From assembly GCA_963838925.1 (NCBI GenBank), contig CAWISW010000003.1, forward strand, positions 128,001 to 192,000: a DNA stretch of 64,000 nt, in the 5' to 3' direction. A program made the translations under genes and the position numbers. This document shows, piece after piece, positions 59,273-64,000 of the stretch (its first letter is position 1; the number at the start of each line of letters is the position of its first letter). The notes below the pieces were generated by a model that saw only the letters and a program-made list of their open reading frames with translations, was not told the DNA's origin and did no database searches. The stretch is from an uncultured Nitrososphaerota archaeon (GTDB taxonomy: Archaea > Thermoproteota > Nitrososphaeria > Nitrososphaerales > Gagatemarchaeaceae).

Positions 59273-59313
59273 ATTGCATGACCAACCTCGGATTAGTCTG
59301 AACCGTCTAAGCA

Positions 59314-60555
59314 ATGCTCAAATCAAGACGCCGCCGAGACTCCGATATGGATGAAGATTGGAAGGTCGCCAAGGGCACTGCCCTTGAAGACATTGTCGCT
59401 GAACTGCTACGAGGTTGGGGTTTTGACACCCAGACTCGAGTTCGAGCAAAGGACAAGTCGGAAGTCGAACACGAGATTGACGTCCTAGGGAAGAAACATG
59501 AGGCGTTCGGCGAGGTTATTTTGGCTGTCGAGTGCAAGAATCACTCCACACCAATCGACATAAAGGAAATCCGCAATTTCAGGGACAAGCTCAATTCATT
59601 GGGGTACACCAAGGGGCTATTCATTTCCAACAAGGGCTTCACTCCGCCTGCCCTGCAATATGCCAAGAGTGTAGGGATAGAGACCTGGGACGGGACCCAA
59701 CTTGACGCAAACATAGGCAAATCGAACACACAAGCGAATACAATTCCAGACGCGATCGAGCCATCTGCTAACTTCGAGGAGAGAATGATTCCCCACCTAG
59801 AGAACTCGTCCAAACTCAAAGTCTCAGATTTGATTGTTCAATATTCGCCTTACTACTTTTTGACTTACCATTGCTTTACCCAACAATGGGTCAACTATCA
59901 ATTGACCAACCTTGAGAGCAAGGGCCTTGTCGTCGTAGATGGCACAACAGGAGCGATGGCAGACTACTCAGTGGAGTCAGGTGTTGTCGGATCAATTACT
60001 CAGACTGGGAACTTCGCGAGCTGCGACTCGTCTCCGGTTCACGACATTGCCGAACAAGAGTTGAAGAGACGATTCCAAGAGGTCAAAATCACCAAAGCGC
60101 GAATCAAGGAGTCCGAGGTGAGACAGATGGTTCAACTGGAGCTTGCGAAGAGCATCTGGCAGACTTACTCCTACCAAACCGGAAAAGGGAGTTACGTCAG
60201 AGACGAGACCAAGACAATCAGGCCTAAGGTCTCTGAAGTCGGAATAACGTCGGCAAGGCTTGCCAATGTGCCCGTAGTGACTCTCACGCTCGGATACGGC
60301 GGCCGGAAATACACCAGGACGATTCAAGCGGGGACAATAAGGATGATAACAGATGACTTTTGGTTCTGCAATGTCGACCCTACGGACAGGAAACGCCCAA
60401 AACTACTTTGTGACGAGTGCGGGAGTCTGGCATGTGAAGATCATGGCCGGCCTTGCTTTTCCTGCGGAAGGCAGCTTTGTATCGACCACATCATCTCGAA
60501 AGGCCTCCTCCAGAAGAAATTCTATTGCAAGGATCACGTTCCTAGAAAGGTCTAA
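59314..60555 (+). CDS. Mrr-like restriction endonuclease with C-terminal Zn-binding domain
   Basis: G..LE..V..LL...GF, EIDVL, VECKN, GFT..A; C-terminal CxxC/CxxH clusters. Confidence 0.85.
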   Translation: MLKSRRRRDSDMDEDWKVAKGTALEDIVAELLRGWGFDTQTRVRAKDKSEVEHEIDVLGKKHEAFGEVILAVECKNHSTPIDIKEIRNFRDKLNSLGYTKGLFISNKGFTPPALQYAKSVGIETWDGTQLDANIGKSNTQANTIPDAIEPSANFEERMIPHLENSSKLKVSDLIVQYSPYYFLTYHCFTQQWVNYQLTNLESKGLVVVDGTTGAMADYSVESGVVGSITQTGNFASCDSSPVHDIAEQELKRRFQEVKITKARIKESEVRQMVQLELAKSIWQTYSYQTGKGSYVRDETKTIRPKVSEVGITSARLANVPVVTLTLGYGGRKYTRTIQAGTIRMITDDFWFCNVDPTDRKRPKLLCDECGSLACEDHGRPCFSCGRQLCIDHIISKGLLQKKFYCKDHVPRKV

Positions 60556-60575
60556 GGTTCTCATCGCCGAAGTGT

Positions 60576-60684
60576 GCGAGTTCCGCTAAGCTTTGTCTAA
60601 AATGAAAGTACGCAAGGGCTTGTCGCCATGCACAGGGTTCATTGCGCCTCCGCCGGAGCGGTTCACTCGCTCGTTGAGCTATAG
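60576..60684 (+). repeat. cassette-boundary repeat copy 9 (long left flank)
   Basis: GCGAGTTCCGCTAAG...CTAAAATGAAAGTACGCAAGGGCTTGTCGCCATGCACAGGGTTCATTGCGCCTCCGCCGGAGCGGTTCACTCGCTCGTTGAGCTATAG. Confidence 0.95.
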
Positions 60685-60692
60685 CTTAGTAT

Positions 60693-60911
60693 TCAGGAGG
60701 TGATGACTTGCGCTTCGCCCTTCGCCATCGCTTGGACCATCATTGGCACGACCTTGCTGGCGTTGAGGACCTCGAAGAAAAGAGGCTTGCCCTTCGAGTC
60801 CACGTGCATCACCACGTCGCCGACCTCCTCTGCGTGGGACAGCTTCCCCTTCTCCTTGAGAAGCACCAGCAGCACATCGGCATCTGAGTCGTACTTCAGC
60901 TTATAGGCCAT
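60693..60911 (-). CDS. DUF2283-family antitoxin-like protein
   Basis: KYD.DADVL.V......HAEE.GDV...D..G....E.LNAS. Confidence 0.85.
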   Translation of the reverse strand: MAYKLKYDSDADVLLVLLKEKGKLSHAEEVGDVVMHVDSKGKPLFFEVLNASKVVPMMVQAMAKGEAQVITS

Positions 60912-61146
60912 GGTCCTTTCTCTTCACGGGATAGAAGGTTATCACAACTATAATGCCTTTGCGCTCTTCATGGACCACCCGCAGCGCGAACTTGCCATCC
61001 AAGACCTTGGTCGAGATGGTCTGCGGGCCTCTGTTCTCTGTCTTGTCGGGCGCCGTTATCGCCCCTGTCACCTGATCTTGGGTAAGCGTGAAGCCGAAGG
61101 TCCGGAGCAGGCCAAACTTCTCTGTGGCATGCTTGGTGAATCTCAT
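60901..61146 (-). CDS. DUF4258-family (RelE/BrnT-fold) toxin-like protein
   Basis: FTKHA.E...I..PD...LRVV.E.....VVITFYP. Confidence 0.82.
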   Translation of the reverse strand: MRFTKHATEKFGLLRTFGFTLTQDQVTGAITAPDKTENRGPQTISTKVLDGKFALRVVHEERKGIIVVITFYPVKRKDHGL

Positions 61147-61220
61147 GTTTGCCAGAGATGCTCGATGACGCTTTCATTGTCACCGAGCTTTAAGTCGATG
61201 CTCTCTCATCTAGAAAATGC

Positions 61221-61352
61221 GCGAGCTCCGCTAGGGTTCGCTAAAATGAAAGTACGCAAGGGCATTGCCATACACAGGGTTCATTGCGCCTCCGCCGGGG
61301 CATTTCATTCACACGTTGAGCTATAGATAGTGGAAGGGCTGAACTGGCACCC
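61221..61352 (+). repeat. cassette-boundary repeat copy 10 (longest, both flanks)
   Basis: GCGAGCTCCGCTAGGG...CTAAAATGAAAGTACGCAAGGGCATTGCCATACACAGGGTTCATTGCGCCTCCGCCGGGGCATTTCATTCACACGTTGAGCTATAGATAGTGGAAGGGCTGAACTGGCACCC. Confidence 0.95.
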
Positions 61353-61413
61353 TGCACGTCTTACCTCACCCTTATCAGACAATCTTGGACAATGACAGCG
61401 CGAGGAATACCAA

Positions 61414-63792
61414 ATGGTCACTGAGGCAGATACATGCAGGAAGTATGTTCTGCCGAAGCTTCATGCAGCTGGATGGGATGATGACCGCATCAACGAACAG
61501 AGAACAATAACTGATGGCCAGATTCTTGTAGTCGGAGACCTCGTTAGGCGAAGGCAATCGAAAAGGGTCGACTACCTTCTAAGATATGATCGTGATAGGA
61601 TGCTTGCCGTAGTCGAAGCCAAGGCAGAGGACGCCACTCCCGGCAAGGGCATTCAGCAAGCAATGCAATACGCGGCAATGCTCGACATTAAGTTCGCCTA
61701 TTCGACTAACGGCCGGGGAATAATCGAACATGACTTCATTACGGGGAAAGAGAGGTCAATCGAAAGATTCCCCACGCCTGACGAGCTCTTGGCGAGGACT
61801 CTCAAGAAGGAAGGCATAGTCTCAGACGAGATGAAGCAGATCGCCCTGACGCCCACTTCACGACTGACAGACAAACCACTTCGATACTACCAAGAGGTTG
61901 CCGTGAACAGAACTATCGGTCACATAGTCAAAGGCAACCATCGGGTCCTGTTGACGATGGCCACGGGAACGGGGAAGACCCTGGTGGCATTCCAGATCAT
62001 CTGGAAACTCTGGAACGCCAGATGGAACGCCAAGGGCGACTACCGACGTCCGAGAGTCCTGTACTTAGCAGATAGAGACATCCTCGTCGACGACCCTAAA
62101 GACAACACCTTCCTTCAGTTCGGAGATGCAAGACAGCGGATAGAAGGCGAGGCTGTTAAGAGCAGGGAAATCTACTTCTCAACCTATCAGGCGATAGCTA
62201 AAGATGAAAGGAGGCCGGGACTCTACCGGCAATATCCCCCCGACTTCTTCGACCTGGTGGTCGTTGACGAATGCCACAGGGGAAGTGCTAGGGACGAGAG
62301 CAACTGGCGGGAGATTCTCGAATACTTTGCCCCCGCTTGCCAGATTGGTATGACCGCAACTCCGAAGAGAAACGACAATGTGGACACCTACAAGTACTTC
62401 GGAAACCCGATCTACATGTACACATTGCGCGAGGGAATCGAGGACGGTTTCCTTGCTCCGTACATTGTGAGGCGGGTTGTTTCGAGTGCAGATGCCTTCG
62501 GTTGGCGTCCCATCTCCGGAGAACGAGACAAACTCGGCAGGTTGATTCCAGCAGGAGAATACGGGACTCGTGACTTTGAAAGGAGTCTTTCCCTCAAGGC
62601 GCGCACAGAAGCAATCGCCAACAATATCACACAGCACCTCAAGGAGACTGACAGATTCGCCAAGACGATCGTATTCTGCGTGGACATGGAGCATGCTGAA
62701 CATATGAGAATGGCTCTCGTTAATGCAAATTCAGACCTCGCAAAACAATATCCGGACTACGTGGTTAGAATCGTATCAGAAGAGGGAGTCGTTGGAAAGG
62801 GACATTTGGGAAGATTCAAGGAGGTTGACAGCAAGACACCGGTCATAGCTACTACCTCTCAACTTCTAACGACTGGAGTAGACATACCCACATGCAAGAA
62901 CATCGTTCTCGTAAAGCACATTGAATCATTGGCCGATTTCAAGCAGATCATAGGGAGAGGCACGAGAATACGGGATGACTACGGTAAACTTTTCTTCACG
63001 ATTTTAGATTACACGGGAAGTGCCACTAGGCTCTTTGCTGACCCTGAATTCGACGGAGAGCCAGCGCTCCTGACGCAGGAAGAGATGGACGAGCACGGGA
63101 AAAGAACGGCTCAGACAATTGAAGCGGCAATGAAGCTGGGCCCTCAGGACGAATTAGGGCCGCCCATAGCCATGCAAGGGAAACCCAAAACCCTTGAGCC
63201 AGGAGTGCCGGAGCCCAGAAAGTACTACGTCGATGGAGAGACCGTGAGCATCATAGCCGAGATGGTTTACGAACTCGATGCTCGTGGGAACCAAATACGA
63301 GCCATGAAGTACACCGATTACACCCGTGACAAGGTGAGGTCGATGTACACGAAGGCTGCCGACTTGAGGTCGAAATGGGGCAATCCTGAGGAAAGAGTCG
63401 CAATCGTCGAGTCGTTGGAAGATAGAGGTGTTTCATTGGAGAAGCTCGCCGAAGTAACGAAGATGTATGATGCTGACAGGTTCGATCTTCTGTGTCACGT
63501 TGCTTTCAATGCCCCGCTAAGGACCCGCAGAGAAAGAGCTGAGAGCGTTAAGCGGAATCATAAGGATTTTTTTGAACAGTACAGCTCTGTTGCACGCGAA
63601 ATCTTGAACGAGATTTTGGACAAATATGTCGAGTTCGGAATGGAACAATTCAAGCTTCCCGACATATTGAAGATAGCCCCGATTGACAAGCATGGAAATG
63701 TCATAGAGATTGCCGACACGTTTGGAAACTCTCAGAAACTCAGAGCTGCGGTGGATAACATGCAGAATATGCTTTACCAAGAGGTGGAATAA
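61414..63792 (+). CDS. hsdR: type I restriction enzyme R subunit (EcoEI/EcoAI-like)
   Basis: EADT..KY..P.L..AGW, DYLL...VEAK, MATGTGKT, DECHRG, TATP, TGVD, QIIGRGTR. Confidence 0.95.
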   Translation: MVTEADTCRKYVLPKLHAAGWDDDRINEQRTITDGQILVVGDLVRRRQSKRVDYLLRYDRDRMLAVVEAKAEDATPGKGIQQAMQYAAMLDIKFAYSTNGRGIIEHDFITGKERSIERFPTPDELLARTLKKEGIVSDEMKQIALTPTSRLTDKPLRYYQEVAVNRTIGHIVKGNHRVLLTMATGTGKTLVAFQIIWKLWNARWNAKGDYRRPRVLYLADRDILVDDPKDNTFLQFGDARQRIEGEAVKSREIYFSTYQAIAKDERRPGLYRQYPPDFFDLVVVDECHRGSARDESNWREILEYFAPACQIGMTATPKRNDNVDTYKYFGNPIYMYTLREGIEDGFLAPYIVRRVVSSADAFGWRPISGERDKLGRLIPAGEYGTRDFERSLSLKARTEAIANNITQHLKETDRFAKTIVFCVDMEHAEHMRMALVNANSDLAKQYPDYVVRIVSEEGVVGKGHLGRFKEVDSKTPVIATTSQLLTTGVDIPTCKNIVLVKHIESLADFKQIIGRGTRIRDDYGKLFFTILDYTGSATRLFADPEFDGEPALLTQEEMDEHGKRTAQTIEAAMKLGPQDELGPPIAMQGKPKTLEPGVPEPRKYYVDGETVSIIAEMVYELDARGNQIRAMKYTDYTRDKVRSMYTKAADLRSKWGNPEERVAIVESLEDRGVSLEKLAEVTKMYDADRFDLLCHVAFNAPLRTRRERAESVKRNHKDFFEQYSSVAREILNEILDKYVEFGMEQFKLPDILKIAPIDKHGNVIEIADTFGNSQKLRAAVDNMQNMLYQEVE

Positions 63793-64000
63793 TGATCGGA
63801 CGAGACAAACCTAAGGGATTGAGCCATACCGCGATCCCAAGCGCGAATTCAGCAGCGAAACTCCCTAGGATAATCAAGTCTGCCAGAGACACGATGCGCA
63901 AGGACAAGGGATTGAATGGAGATCTGGATAGGCTTCCTCAGCTAGTCTGGATCATGTTCTTGAAACTCCTTGATGATGTTGAAAGAGTCCGTGAAACCGA
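63792..64000 (+). CDS. hsdM: type I R-M methyltransferase subunit, N-terminus (truncated by window end)
   Basis: IKSARD.MRKDKGLNGDLDRLPQL.W..FLK.LDD; TAATG overlap with hsdR. Confidence 0.88.
   Translation, partial: MIGRDKPKGLSHTAIPSANSAAKLPRIIKSARDTMRKDKGLNGDLDRLPQLVWIMFLKLLDDVERVRET

Larger units (their letters stand above)
36400..64000. mobile_element. defence/accessory island, continuing past the window end
   Basis: Abrupt drop in GC content and change in codon usage after 36398; dense defence and TA genes; internal repeats; IS element. Confidence 0.8.

Noticed and set aside
61246-61326. Repeat encoding a peptide (MKVRKGIAIHRVH... or MPRRRRNEP... on the minus strand)
   Set aside because: The reading frame is broken by indels between copies (e.g. 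copies 3, 8 and 9), so conservation is at the nucleotide level.
43268-61352. Repeats as a CRISPR array
   Set aside because: Spacing is 0.6-6 kb with whole genes between copies, copies vary in length, and there are no cas genes.
43268-61352. Repeats as canonical integron attC sites
   Set aside because: GTTGAGC fits GTTRRRY, but the symmetric partner is GCCATAC rather than RYYYAAC. Conservation continues past the GTT, breakpoints map to the central spacer, and no intI is in the window. Disfavoured, not formally excluded.
36400-64000. Provirus or conjugative element
   Set aside because: No capsid, packaging, replication, relaxase, T4SS or integrase genes are visible in the window.

Overview
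GC-rich archaeal chromosome segment. CdvA, a PriL/PriX-type primase subunit, DUF2153, DUF996 and TATA-box promoters suggest a Nitrososphaerota/TACK lineage (inference). Positions 1-36.4 kb are mostly core and metabolic genes. They include an intein-containing dCMP deaminase and a compact three-gene operon (divergent Ku-like protein, ATP-dependent ligase, minimal PolX) that looks like an archaeal NHEJ module. From about 36.4 kb to the window end lies a mostly lower-GC defence island: BglII-like REase, SRA-HNH, PIN, Hachiman-like pair, NTPase-HEPN, CBS-HEPN, viperin, NERD-HEAT, Fic, two TA pairs, Mrr-like nuclease and type I R-M. The main observation is that from 43.3 to 61.3 kb ten same-orientation copies of one intergenic repeat separate the island into cassettes of 1-3 genes. 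The repeat core GGGTTCATTGCGCC-TCCGCC-GGGGCATTTCACTC is an imperfect 14-6-14 inverted repeat resembling a tyrosine-recombinase site rather than a canonical attC. This suggests an integron-like, recombination-built defence cassette array; no recombinase is visible in the window. An intact passenger-carrying IS6-family element (50-bp IRs, 8-bp TSD) sits inside one cassette. Several single-base frameshifts may be sequencing errors. All family assignments were made by eye from motifs; no database searches were run.
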